Source of the DNA: Sphagnum compactum
Taxonomy: Eukaryota
DNA length: 64,000 nucleotides
NCBI GenBank assembly: GCA_965153455.1
Contig: OZ234494.1
Coordinates: forward strand, 10,168,001-10,232,000
Direction of reading: 5' to 3'
Part shown: positions 1 to 13,501 of the stretch, one piece after another
Layout: each line of letters opens with the position of its first letter
Numbering within the stretch: position 1 is the stretch's first letter
Translations under genes and position numbers: made by a program
Notes under the pieces: model-generated
Database searches by the model: none
What the model was told of the DNA's origin: nothing
Seen by the model: the letters and a program-made list of their open reading frames with translations, nothing else

Positions 1-39
1 ACTAAACATTAGGAGGTTGAGGTACTAATACTGAATATT

Positions 40-275
40 GTGGGGTATGTACGTAATGCCATGGAAGTGACCTTTCGAGAAGACAAGTGGGATGAATACA
101 AAGGGGATGGTGCTAACCTTGTTGCCTACATTTCACTAGGAGACAATTATATTGTGAATGCGAAGGAAGGAAATGAAAAGAAGGTGGGTTTTTACATTGT
201 ATTATATATGCACACAAACTAGCTTCATGGTTTCCAACCTTTCACTTGCCCATGGGGTAACAATTTTGGGGTTGA
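40..275 (+). mobile_element. Possible degenerate transposon-derived coding remnant
   Basis: Frameshifted protein-like stretch (GYVRNAME...GDNYIVNAKEGNE...GFYIVL / CTQTSFMV) in AT-rich DNA; family not identified. Confidence 0.25.
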
Positions 276-1298
276 AACTAAGTGTTGACTTGTGTGAACA
301 AGGTCTCATTACTTTGTTGCACAAAAGATTTTTTGTATTTCTTTACCAAGTTGTATGTACCATGTTAATTTATATGCAAACTAAAAGGTATATATATAGT
401 TTGGACCTTATAGTGGTTAATATCATATAACATTAGACACCAAAAATCCATGATTCATTGTATTAATTGCTTGTACCATGTCTAATTGTTGACCAATTTT
501 AAGTTTTGCAAGGAAGGTAATCATGCAATAGTTGGTTTACCAACTAGTAGAAGCACAAAGAATACACACTTCAAAACTTCATCTTTTCTAGGAAGAAAAA
601 ACATGCAAGACCATTTTCCAGGTGTAACAACCAATGTACAAAGACTTTTGTGCAGTTGCATGGATGCATTGACGTTGGTATACACCAAAGGTGGTTAGGA
701 TTTGAAGTATTTGAACTACCAATGACTAAACGTGGGCAAGGTAGAATGTTTCATGGGTTTGAAGTAGTGTTGCCCACCCTAACACATTTGGTACATTGTG
801 GTGGGTGAAAGCATACTATGAGGGGGCCAAGACTGTTATCATCTTTTACTCTTTTTCAGGGGTCCCATGTTTGAACTACAACCATGTTATTATTAAAAAG
901 GATTTTCACAATGTTTTTGCATATTATGGTAGGCCAAAACTTAGAAAAGTAATGCCAAAGAAACTATAATTTTTTATTTCATATGATGTGATGCTAGAGT
1001 ATATTTGTGCCACAAAAATATATGTCACAATGTCTCAAAGAATGTAAATGTATTCAAGAAATGATTGAAATGATTTCTAATCTTTATGAACATTTTTGTA
1101 TCTACTAAACATTATGATTCCATATGATTTGAGTAAGTTTGTGAGCCATGTGAAGAGTTTGATAATTATGATATCACAAATGGGTGTTTCTTATGACAAT
1201 GACTATAGATGGGTGAATGCATGGTAAGGTGGTTCACTTATGGAATCACATTCATATTTCTTCAAGGTATCTTTTGTTTAAATGGATGTGGTGATAAA

Positions 1299-1612
1299 TG
1301 TTAACAAATAGGAGATCTACTCAAGTGCAAACATAAAAAATTTATTGAAAAGAAACTATAACACGATGCTCACAACACAAAACACAACATCAAGAACTCC
1401 TCAAGGTTCTTGTCACAAGAAATACACAAACTTGTGTAATGAAGAAAAAAGAGCCAAACCATCAACACCAAGGTATTTAACTACAAAACCACACCACAAA
1501 TAACCAAACTAAAATAAGTAAAGAAAGTAGTTCAACCTTGTGAAAGTAACCTAGTTATTTTCTTACTCTAGTAACTAAAGAAACCTAACTAGTTGAGCTT
1601 GAATTCTCAACA
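1299..1612 (-). repeat. 3' LTR of the copia element
   Basis: Direct repeat of 7116-7429; preceded on the minus strand by the PPT. Confidence 0.97.
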
Positions 1613-4600
1613 CTCCCCCTCAAGCTCAAATCCACTTCTAGTACACCAAGCATTTTTCGAAACTTCTTTAGCTTGTCTGTACCTAAAGCCTTTGTGAAAA
1701 TGTCAGCAACTTGATCTTCGGTACTGACATGAATAAGGTCAATTCTTTTGCTAGAACTTTTTCTCTAATAAAGTGGTAGTGCACCTCAATGTGCTTTGTC
1801 CTAGCATGATAAACCGGGTTGTTAGCAAGTAGTATGCTACTAATGTTATCACAATAGATGACAACAGGAGCATCCACTGACTGTCCCAAATCTGAAAGTA
1901 GTTTTTGTAACCAAACTACTTCACACGCAGCAATTGCTGCACCTCTGTATTCTGCCTCCGTGCTTGATAATGCAACTGTTGGTTGTTTCTTACTGCTCCA
2001 ACTAACAGCACCACTCCCAAAAGAAAACATGAAACCACTAGTTGATCTTCTATCTGAAACATTGCCAGCCCAATCAGCATCTGTGTATCCATGTACTTGT
2101 AACTCGCTCTTGGCTTCATAGAAAATTCCACAATGTAAAGTATGTTTTATGTACTTCAATATGCCCCTCACTGCATCCAAATGTGGCTTTCGTGGTGTTT
2201 GCATGAATTGACTCACCACTCCAACTGCATAACTCAAATCTGGCCTTGTGATGGTCATGTAAATCAAACTCCCCACTATGCGTCTGTACATAGTGGTATC
2301 CTCCACGAGGTCTCCTTCATCTGCACTCAACTTCACATTTTGCTCCAATGGAATTGAAATGGGTTTATAACCCGTCATCCCATATTTGGACAATTTGTTC
2401 AAGGCATATTGCCTTTGTAATAACCATATCCCTTTAGGGGATTGGATTACCTCAATGCCGAGGAAGTAACGCAACTCTCCCAAATCCTTCATTTCAAACT
2501 TTTGCTTCAAAAGCTTCTTCAAATCAGAGATGTCTGCATCACTATCTCCTGTGATAATCAAGTCATCAACATAGATGACTATGACTACAATCCCATGATC
2601 TGTCTTTTTCACATATAGTGAAAAATCTGCATTGGATGTTTGAAATCCACTTGTGACAAGATACTGACCTATCTTGTCTGACCAAGCTCTAGGTGCTTGC
2701 TTCAAGCCATACAAAGCTTTCTTCAACCTACAAACCAAATTAGGATGTGTTTGGTCCACATAACCTAGTGGTTGTTCCATGTACACTTCTTCTTGTAAAT
2801 CTCCATGAAGAAAAGCATTCTTTACATCCATTTGATGTAAAGACCATCCTTTTGCTGCAGCCATAGCAATGATTGCTCTTATAGTTGTCATTTTGGCAAC
2901 TGGACTATAGGTCTCCTCATAGTCTATGCCATACGTTTGGGCATAACCTTTGGCAACCAATCTTGCTTTGTATCTGCTCACAGATCCATCTGCATTGTGT
3001 TTGACTTTGTACACCCATTTGCACCCAATTGCTTTCTTGTCTTTTGGTAAAGCTACCAATTCCCAAGTAGCATTCGCATCCAAAGCCGCCATCTCTTCAT
3101 CCATGGCATTGTCCCACTTAGGATTTCCAACCGCTTGTTCAAAACAAGTGGGTTCAACCTCTTGTATAACTCTCACCATGTATGCGTAATGATGAGCTAC
3201 AAAGCCATCATATGTGAGTCTTTGTATAGGGTACTTGACTCGTGTGGATTTTCGTACTCCAATGTTGTTGTCAGGTGTTTTCAAAGCTTTCTTGATCATC
3301 CGAACTCCAGGAGTAGTAATTGAGGTGATTCTTGATTCTTCACCCTCACTCTTCTCTGACTCACTTGATTCACCATCTACATGAAAATTTCTAGATGATG
3401 TTTGTGAACTACCATGTACCATGTTTGAAGATCTCAATCTTCCTTTCCATGGAGTGCTATTGGACCCATTAATTGAAGACTCTTGTGGTCCACTAATTAA
3501 TTGTGATTCTTGTTCCACATTTGATGAAACATCACCATTTCTAGCTTCTTCATCTTCTGCTACCTTCAATGGTGAGTACCAACTAGCCATCTCATCAAAC
3601 ACAACATCTCTACTCACTTGCAACTTCCGAGTGGAAGGGCTAAAACATTTATATCCCTTTTGTTCTGAGGAGTATCCAATGAAGATACATTTCTCAGCTT
3701 TTGGGTCTAGTTTTGATCTCTTCTCATCAGGAACATGCACGTATGCAATGCAACCAAACACTCTGAGGTGTGAAACATCGGGTTTCTTGCCTGTGAATTT
3801 TTCTTCAGGTGTCATGCCATGAACTGCCGTTGTGGGTGTTCGATTCATGATGTAAACTGAAGTTGCTACCGCTTCAGCCCAAAAGTAATTTGGCAAATTC
3901 TTCTCATTCAACATGGCACGTGCTATTTCTACAATGTGCCTGTTTTTCCTTTCAGCAACTCCATTCTGTTGTGGGGAATAACTACATGAGTACTTCTTTT
4001 GAATTCCATGCTCCTTCAAGTACTCACTGAATTCATTTGAAAAATACTCTCCCCCTCCATCGGACCTTAAGCACTTGATGCTCACACCTTTCTCCTTCTC
4101 CACCATTGCTTTGAAATTCAAAAAATGTTGAAACACTTCACCTTTGTGTTTCATGAAGTAGACCCACACCTTCCTTGTGTGGTCATCAATGAAACTCACG
4201 TAGTACTTGCATCCTCCAATGGATTCTGTCTTCGTGGTCCACACATCTGAGTGGATCATTTCCAAAGGTTTGGAACTTACATGAGTTGTTTGAGCTGGGA
4301 AAGGATGCCTAGCTTGCTTCCCCAATTGGCATGCTTCACAAACCTCTGACATCACCTCTTCTGCTCCAAATTTGGGAAGACCTCCAACAAGTTTTTGTTT
4401 CTCCATGAGCTTAAGACGTTGGAGATTAACATGGCCAACTCGCTTGTGCCAAATTCCAATGTCTCCAGCTCCTTTTCCATGTGTGAATAACATGGAATTC
4501 ACCTCAGGCATGTTCACATCTAAGGTGAACATTCGTCCATTCCTTTCCCCTTTTGCAATCAATTTGCCTTGGTTCTTCATGTCTTCCACAAAACATCCAT

Positions 4601-5879
4601 TTGGGTTGAATGTCACCTGTAAACCTTGTTCCACCATTTGGCCTACGGAGACCAAATTTTTTGTTATGGTTGGAACATGAAGTACATCTTTCAGGTACTT
4701 TGTTTGCCCATCTTCCATGGACAATGGCACCTTGCCAATTTGTGTGATGGGATGTGTAGTGTCATCACCAGTTTCCACAAACCCTGGTGTCTTCAAATCT
4801 TTTACGTCTCTAAACCATTCTCCATGGCTAGTCATGTGGTTTGAAGCTCCAGAGTCCACATACCAGACATTGTTGTCTGATACACCTCCTATCATTGAAT
4901 TTGCCATGTGCTGCATCACAAACAGTTGCTCATCACCTTGATTGTTTGTTGATGCATAATTCCCTTGTTGCAGCTTTCCATTTCGTGCATCATGCTCCCT
5001 TTGATAACAGTTCTTTGCCATGTGCCCAGGTTTCCCACAGTAGTAGCAATTTGAATCGCTATTTGGTTGTTGACCTTGATGACTTCCACCACGACCTCCA
5101 CGACTTCCTCGACTTCCTCTTCCTCCAAAGTTTCCTCGTCCACCTCCATGAGCTTGACCTTCATGTTGATGATGTCCACCATGCGAGCTTCCGTGTCGAC
5201 CTCGAAATGAGCTTTTACCACCTCTACCTCTACCTCTATTGGTATTTGAGTAGAAAGCACTTTCTTGTGATCCTCCATTGGAAGAAGTACCAACAATTCT
5301 CATCTCTTCACTTATAAGTAGTGTTATTAAGTCTTGGAAGTTGGGAAATGTTTCCCGAACTGCAATTGAGGTACGGAACTGACTATAGTCTTTTCCAAGT
5401 CCATTTAAGGTCACGGCCACTAAATCTTCATCATCTACAGGGGCTCCTATAGATGCAAGAGCATCTGCAAGGTTTTTCACCTTAGTAGAATAGTCATTGA
5501 TGTTCATCTTGTTTTTCTGTAGATTATGCAACTCTTGCTTGAGCTGCATTTTTCGGGCTTATGTATTGGTGCTGTACATCTTCACCAATGTATCCCAAGC
5601 TTGCTTGGGTGATTTTGCATCTTGAATATGCACAATCATGGAATCAGACACACTCACAGAAAGCTAATACAAGACTTTCCTTGCTTTTTCATGCCAAGTT
5701 TTATTGGCTTGAATTTGTTGTTGTGTGGGGTTTTCTAGGAGAGGAGGTTCTTTTTCATCACCAGTTATGAATTCCCAGTAGCCTTTCCCCATCAAGAAAT
5801 TCATAATCCTAAATTTCCACACTTGGAAATTGTTCTTGTCTAGTTTCTCAATTGCAATTTGAGAAAGACCGTCCGCCAT
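1585..5879 (-). pseudogene. Copia gag-pol polyprotein (gag, CCHC knuckle, protease, integrase, RT, RNase H) with 2 nonsense codons and 1 frameshift
   Basis: Starts MADGLSQIAIEKLDKNNFQVWKF. TAG at 5664-5666 and TAA near 5560 interrupt gag. Motifs: CYYCGKPGHMAKNC, WYVDSGAS, WHKRVGH/CEAC, RSDGGGEY, QQNGVAER, YVDD, DADWAG. A 1-nt loss near 1741 shifts the C-terminus; the restored frame reads IDLIHVSTEDQVADIFTKAL...LSLRGSVENSSSTS* with its stop inside the 3' LTR. Confidence 0.95.
1613..1621 (-). promoter_or_regulatory. Polypurine tract of the copia element
   Basis: Minus strand GAGGGGGAG abutting the 3' LTR. Confidence 0.9.
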
Positions 5880-7103
5880 CTCTCAAGGCACTACTCAATG
5901 TCTTCTTGGGGTTTCAAAATGATTTTAATTCCTTCCTTGGATTTCTAGGGTTAGGGTTAGGGTTTTCCTTCCTTAGGTTTCTAGGATTAGGGTTAGGGTT
6001 AGGGCTGAACAAGATAGACCTTGCATATGTATGTATGTCTTGAGTATTATACGAAATTCTATACTATACATAGGCTTTACGTATAGGTACGTACCTCGTA
6101 TAATATTTCGTATGGTATTAAGTACATGATTACATACCACACTTTTGTACGAAGGTCTTGATAATGTATTTGCGCTTCCCAATCTTCAAACTCCTTCCTT
6201 CAAGTTCTCCCAAGTTGTATTTGCTCCACTTCAACACTTTGCTTTGGTGTCTTTTCAAAACAAACTTTTGTCACAGCAACTTTGCAAAGCTCCTCCACTC
6301 GCATATGACCTTGGATCGTTCTGAAATTTTGGTGAAACATAAAAAGTTATGTCTACTATCATCTCTCAAAATTTCAGCTCATTTAATCTCATAAAATGAG
6401 AGATCTTGCTACTTCCTTGAAGTCACCTCAAACTGGGACCTGAACACAAAATGACTTACAACTCGCTCTCAGCAACTCCAAAATCCTTGAGATTTTGAGA
6501 GACACATAAGATATAGGTCTTCTATATCTGGTCAAAATTTCAGCTCTATTGATGATGACTACAAAGAGATATCACTTTCAAAAGAAACTGACTTCAAAAT
6601 TGAGACTGAAACTTCAGATGCTTGGATCTCTCTCAATACAAATTTAAATGACATGAAATTTCTCTCACACATATATTCCTATATGATCTATAAGATCCCA
6701 AAGCTGCAGATCCAAAAGAACTCAAACAAAGGAGATATGACCAAAAAACCAGATCTGATATAGAATCTTCAAAAGCTCATAACTCTCACAAAACAAATCC
6801 TTTTCACTTGAAATTTTGAGAATAGAAGCGTCTTATAGTCTTCTATAACCTCTCCAAGTTTCACTCCAAGATCTTTTCACAGTAGCTCTAGATCTAGCTT
6901 TAAAGATCTGATTTTCACAACTCTTGATATGTGGATCTCCTCTCACCTCTTTTCTTTTCTTTTCTTTCTCTTCACTTCTTTCCTTTCCCCGTTTCTCTTT
7001 TGCACTTGACAAACTCCTATGATATTACTAGAGACTCTCAAGTTCTAGTTCTAGAGACATTCTAGCTCTAGATCTCTTTCAACCTTCTCACCAAACAACC
7101 TAA

Positions 7104-7115
7104 GCTCTGATACCA
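7104..7115 (-). promoter_or_regulatory. Primer-binding site complementary to initiator tRNA-Met
   Basis: Minus strand reads TGGTATCAGAGC directly after the 5' LTR, the canonical plant tRNA-iMet PBS. Confidence 0.95.
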
Positions 7116-7429
7116 TGTTAACAAATAGGAGATCTACTCAAGTGCAAACATAAAAAATTTATTGAAAAGAAACTATAACACGATGCTCACAACACAAAAC
7201 ACAACATCAAGAACTCCTCAAGGTTCTTGTCACAAGAAATACACAAACTTGTGTAATGAAGAAAAAAGAGCCAAACCATCAACACCAAGGTATTTAACTA
7301 CAAAACCACACCACAAATAACCAAACTAAAATAAGTAAAGAAAGTAGTTCAACCTTGTGAAAGTAACCTAGTTACTTTCTTACTCTAGTAACTAAAGAAA
7401 CCTAACTAGTTAAGCTTGAATTCTCAACA
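7116..7429 (-). repeat. 5' LTR of the copia element
   Basis: Direct repeat of 1299-1612; immediately followed on the minus strand by the PBS. Confidence 0.97.
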
Positions 7430-10400
7430 ATAAATGTATGTTTTAATTTGTTAATTGATAATTGATTCTAAATTCATAACTTGAATATGAAACTAAACGT
7501 ATAATTATTTTTGAAAATGTTACCCCTATGATTTGTTAATAATGGACTTTTGAAGGGACAACTTATGGACTACTTTCCTAATTGCAATGGTATAACATCA
7601 ATGTATTCATAGTAAATTTCAATTTAATTGATTTTTAGTGACTAAGTATAGTTGAAAAATGGAATAAATAACATATATATGGGACCATTCTTTTGAAAAC
7701 CTTAACAAATATGTTTTTATGGAATCTAGAATGGTGAAAATTTGACCTTGTTTTCATAAGTCCTTATGAGTTACAAATTACTTTTTCTTTCAATTTTTTT
7801 GTTCTAAAAGTGTTTGTTTATGAAATATCGAAAAGGGCCATTATTCATATGGACTTTATTAAATTTTTTCCAGGTATTATGATTTTCAAAAAATTGCATC
7901 CATTAAAACAACTAACATCTAATTGCATGGTAAAATATACACAAAAAGTAGTGTAAGCAACAAAATATTGGGATCCCTAAAGAAAAAGATTAACAAGTAG
8001 TAGATTTTATGAGGATAATAAATTTTTTTTTGGTACATTATTTCTTAATTCTTGTTTGCATGGACTTCAAAAGCTAGATTATTATAATCATGTTTGTTTA
8101 AGCTACTTGCAAGTACTTGAATTGGACTTAAAATTTGTGGCAGTTTGAAAAATAAAGTTCAAGTACTTGAAAGTAGATGAAATGTTTTTGCAAGTATTTG
8201 GTTTTTTTTTGCAAACACTTCAATATTGATGTGGTGAACATTCTAATATAAGTTTTTTGGTTAATTGAGTTTGTTTTCATAACTAAAATCATCCCCAGCC
8301 CCTAAAAAATGGGGAAATTTTTGCGGATATTTTTGGGATATTTTTTCAAGTCCAAATGATATGATACAAATTGCTTTTGAAAGCTAGAGGGATGCTAGAG
8401 ATGGCCATGAAAAAAAAAAGTTTCATTTGTTTTGAAATGCTAAAAGAAAGTTAGAAGTTTGAAAAACTTTTTTTTTTGTGTTTTCAAGTACAAAACAAGG
8501 TAACAAGTATGTACAAAATATTTTGCTTGCGATCATCATTTTATTTAAGTTAAAAAATAGAATATGATGTTCACAAATGTATGAACATCAACTTATAAAT
8601 GATTATAATCATAAATTATGATAAACAAAATAACCATGTTCTTTAGCAAATTCTTTATGGACTCCTATGGAATGGAACATTTGCCTAAAATGAGCCACCT
8701 TACTATGCATTTGCCCAAATATGTAATAAATTAACAAATTGACAAACAATCATTTTCAAATGGAAGATGACAAGATATGCAAGGTGGGCCATTTTTCAAA
8801 TTTTCATTTCGAACGTTTTTAAAATTTATTTCTTTTTTCAAATAATATTTGATAACAATAACTTTTTGAATATCAAAATATGAAGCCCAAACACCAAAAA
8901 TAAAGCCCAAAATTAAATGCAACACATTTTGTAAGTGTATAATTTACACACATGTCATGTAACTCCCCAAGTTGGCCCCCCCATAACGTGCTTTCACCTT
9001 GGGGCACCATGTGTTTTTATAATTAAGCTAGGCATTCCGAAACATTCTATAGTATAATGGTTAATGACAATAGTAGTTGAAGGTTACATACTATGAAAAT
9101 AAAAACATTGCCATTGAAGCATCATATTTTTTATTCTAATTTCATTGTGAATTTCCAAAAATTATGGATTGTATTTGTTAAAAATCTATAAGCATATTGT
9201 TCTTTAAACTTGAACTACTAAATTTCTTAGGATTGCACAAACATGTGTCAATTAAAAAGCCCATTATTTTGTAAAATGCATGTTTAGATTTTGTTGAGGA
9301 TATGTACTTAATTATTTTTTTAAGGTTACACTATTTCATCAATTGATATTTGATAATTATCATTTTCCAATATTGTTAGCACGTTGGTTCATTTGTAAAA
9401 TTATTTGCATTTCTTATCATTGGAATTACAAGTTTTTATCTCTTGTTTCTAGACTAATGGATGTGTTATCCTACCATTGTAAATTCAATCACATTGGTAT
9501 AGTTGATGTTTGACAACAAAACATGTTGTATGCAATCAAATGACATATTAATGAATGTAAATTGACTTGAATATGTTCAACCACAAATATATGTATGCTT
9601 CAAAAACCTTGTACAAAAATAACAAGCTTCCAAAAATATTTTTGGAATATATTTTTGGAAGCTCCAAAAAAATGGTATATTTTTCAATAAAGATGTGCAT
9701 TACTAGAAATAGTGCAACATAAGATGTTATGTTTGGTTCAACAAAAAAATCTTACCAACAAAAAACTTTCACACCCTACTATGCGCTATTGGACCCAAGA
9801 GTCTAGTTGTAATACAAATTGTAAAAAAACTCACACATGGCAATAATTCATTGACATCAATAGAAATACACCACAATGATGCATATACAATTTGCAAAAA
9901 CATCCATATATTCTTATCATTAACCTAGCATTGTAACCAAATTGGTTTAGGGTATAGCTAAAATGGATTAGAACCATTTGTGTTCACATTGTCAATTGAC
10001 CAAGTCTACTCCTTTTCTTGGGTAAATGTGATCCCAACACTAATAACCCATTTCTTTGATTTTCATTAAAAATCAATATTGTCCTTTGCAATTAAGTAAA
10101 GAATGATAAGAAATTTTCAATGACTATGAATGACTTAGTCATATAATATAACTTTTAATCCTCTGTGGAAAAATAAATAGTCATGAATGAGATGTTTTTG
10201 TCACTTATAGATGATAATATTGCATACGGTAATATCAAAATCATTAGTTTGCAATTTTTAGATCCACAACATCCATGACAAAGGATAGAATGATGCGGAT
10301 TTTGTCATTTATATATATGATTATAAATTGACTATTGTTTAAAATGATGTGGACAATGATGACATGGCTTTTCAATGCAACTATCAAGTGACTATATTTT

Positions 10401-10574
10401 GAACAACATTCAACAATTGATGTATGGTTGAAGAAGCCATGCATTGACTACCATGCATTGACATGGATAATATTGACATGGTAGTTTAAAGTGATTGTGA
10501 AATGATTGGAATATGAAGAAGCAGTTGGGAATTACTAGAAAATGACTGATGTATGATGACATAGGTAATGTTAA

Positions 10575-10780
10575 CCACCTACCTACCTACCTACCCATTC
10601 ACACACCCACCTACCTATTTACCTACCCATTCACCCACCTACTTACCTCCTATAACCAACCTACCTGCCAACTTGCTTGCCTACCCACCTATTTATTTAC
10701 CCACTCACCCACCCACCTCATATAACTTACCAACCTACCTCCTATTTCCTATCTCCTACAATCTACCTAGCTCCTACCTA
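10575..10780. repeat. Degenerate (ACCT)n/(ACCC)n low-complexity tract
   Basis: Repeated acctacctacc motifs; explains the spurious PTY-rich ORF 10568-10855. Confidence 0.85.
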
Positions 10781-11624
10781 GGGTTGTTATTCCGTGAGTA
10801 TGTGAGAATGAACATGAATAAGGAGGAATATTCCAAATATATTTATCCAAGTTAGTAGGAATATTCCTTGATGGATACTTTTGACATGGAGGTATATTCT
10901 TCCACATCATCAAAACTCCCAAGTGGCATTCCATGGTTCCAACGTAAATAATCTCCCATTTAATACATTAGGAACTACCAAGATTTTAGAAATAAAAGAC
11001 TTCTTGAAATCATCAAGTTTGCAACTAAGTTTGCGACTAAATGAATGGGGAGCCTATTCTTGGATGAAAAATCCAACTAACTAGTCGACATGCAATGATG
11101 GACAATTTAGTAATTGCACCATAGTCACAAAACTAGTTGTAAAGTTTTAAACGTGGTGACTATGCAACTACATGTGACTATTTGTCATTTACAGTTAAAA
11201 TTTGATTTACTTTTAATCTTGTTGTTGTTGATTGAAAATGCTGAACTTTCAATATCAATATTTACATACCCAAGCAAAAAACTCCATGTTTGCAAAGAAA
11301 TGAATACTCAAAGGCTTGATTGGAGACAACCATGGAAGGGGGTAAAAATTTGGTTTAGAAAAATGTTGGTTTTTTAAGGAATAAGATCCCAAGTAAAGGT
11401 TACATAGAGAATACATAATCCAAAAACACACAACATTGCGATGACATGAAACTCAATTGTAATATTTAAAACATCTATAGAAAGAATAAGAGATTGAACT
11501 CTCCATCCATCCTAACAACAACTTGATTGAAACAAGTGTTGACCCCAAGCTCACATACAGTAGAAAACAAAGAAAAAAAAAACCCATTTAAAGCAAATTC
11601 ATCTATGAATGCATGATTCTTGAG

Positions 11625-13130
11625 TCAATGCTGGTGTTTTCGAACGATGGATCTAGGGATCTCAGCATATGAAGGTAGAACTGGGCTAATAGGACTTCAA
11701 AAAAACTCCTTACATGCAAAAAAGGAACATTCCTCAAAGGGTGTGAAGTTGGCATGTCTCTACAAAGCAACAACACCTAGATGAACATTAGACATTGCAA
11801 GATGTGGATTGAAATCAAAACATCACTAGCAACAATTTATTCACAATCTAATTGTTTCTTTATTATTTTCTTTGGGGGGGAATTTAGATTGAGATTGTAA
11901 CCCTTTGATTGTGTATCTTCGGGTTTAGATTCTTTCACCAATAGAAAAAAGGCCTTGTGGAAAGCAACATGATCCACCTCAAGTGCAAGAACACAACTTT
12001 CAATGACAACACATGCACAAATAATATTACCTGCTGCCAAACATGAATCAGAATCCTAGAAAGAAAATGACAAAGGAAATAGATTAAGATGGTAAAGAAA
12101 TCACTTATAGTGAAGTCCAAATGAACAACCAATGAGTCCAAAGGAAAACACATTTCAACCAACACTTGCAATGCGAGAGGATGAATCTTTGTGGCTACTC
12201 GGAATAGCATCCCATTATCAGATATAGTCATGGATGTTCATGTTGTTCAATTATATAGAACATCCTCCTCATAGACGCAAATCCCTTAAGCAAGTATAGC
12301 AACAAACAAAATGAAAAACTGGAAGTCTTCTCATGCAAGAAGAATGGCCTGACTTATAAGAGTTTGCAAGAAAAGAAACAATGATATATTAGAAGAAGAC
12401 CACGTAGAAGGGGGGAACTAAATTAGATTGAGTTGAGAATATAGGGAAGACCTTTCGGCTCTTGTCTTGAGCGCTGAAACAACTTGATGACCACCCACTT
12501 CATCTTGATATCAAGCTCGTAATAATAATAAAAAGGCAGAGACCTCCTTGAGAACACGAAGGTTATGATTATAATATGACTCACTTTGTTTCATCATTAT
12601 GATTAGTTGTATGCATTAGAATGTTACAATTCAAATCCCATCACCAAACATCACCACACCATAAGTTAGGTCAACAATTATTTTCATACAACCCATAAAT
12701 GAACACAAAACTCACTTTTCTGATTGGGTGCGATAACAAATTCAACACAATATTTGAACATCAGGTGTTCGATCATAGGCATTCAAAAAAAACAGTGGCA
12801 AGTGCATGTGCATCCATCGATTGATTAGGTTCTGCACTGTTGAGGCAATCAATTGTAAGCCTGTGTTTGGTGATGGGCATGTTTACCGTACCACGTTCAA
12901 ATGTTGATAGATACCCAGGCAACACTGGTGTGAGCAAACTCAGCTCAGAACTTAGCAGCAACGGACTTCTCTTCCGATTGGAGTTGTGCCATGAAGGAGT
13001 GATCTTGTGAGCAGGAGGAGGCACTGCAGCAGAAGAGCGAGAGATACGTTTCTAGGCATTGCTGTTGGTGAGGAGACTGACTGACTCTTCTGCAAGTAGG
13101 TGTGGTTGGAAGAGGTGAAAGAATCATCCT
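11625..13130 (-). pseudogene. Putative decayed multi-exon gene, product unidentified
   Basis: Exon-like blocks with GT donors at 12715 (gtgag) and 12451. Block 12452-12546 is open as RSLPFYYYYELDIKMKWVVIKLFQRSRQEPK; other blocks carry TGA/TAA stops and some weak splice sites; reading frames are ambiguous. Confidence 0.3.
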
Positions 13131-13501
13131 AGTCTAGACTGCGCGGTTTTGCTTTCTGTTCCAACTCAGATTTGTGCTAGTTCTATGATTTCTGAGAGCG
13201 CGGTGCGCGACAGGAGTTTGCGAGAGGGAGAGAGAGCGGGGGCGAAGTTGTTATAGCCATAGTGAGGAAGATATCGTCGCAGTGGGGAGACATACTACAC
13301 ACGTGCTAGCTCTCAAGGAGGCGGGGTACACCGATAAGCTGGTGGTGACTCTTTTTGGAAGCGGGATCTCGGAAGCGACAAGAGAGACTTGGAGATTCTG
13401 CAAGGTGCTGCTGTGGAGCACACGGTGCAGCAGCTCAGAGCAGCCCCTTGGGTGCTCAGCTCAGCCCCTTTTTACACTAGAGCCTGAAAGCCCATGACTT
13501 G

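Larger units (their letters stand above)
1299..7429 (-). mobile_element. Full-length Ty1/copia LTR retrotransposon, recently inserted, coding region disabled
   Basis: Two 314-bp LTRs (1299-1612 and 7116-7429) with TG...CA ends and 2 visible mismatches; 5-bp TSD ATAAA at 1294-1298 and 7430-7434; PBS, PPT and gag-PR-IN-RT-RH order are all present. Confidence 0.98.

Noticed and set aside
5946-6004. Interstitial telomere or chromosome-fusion scar
   Set aside because: Only a few repeats, lying inside the copia leader
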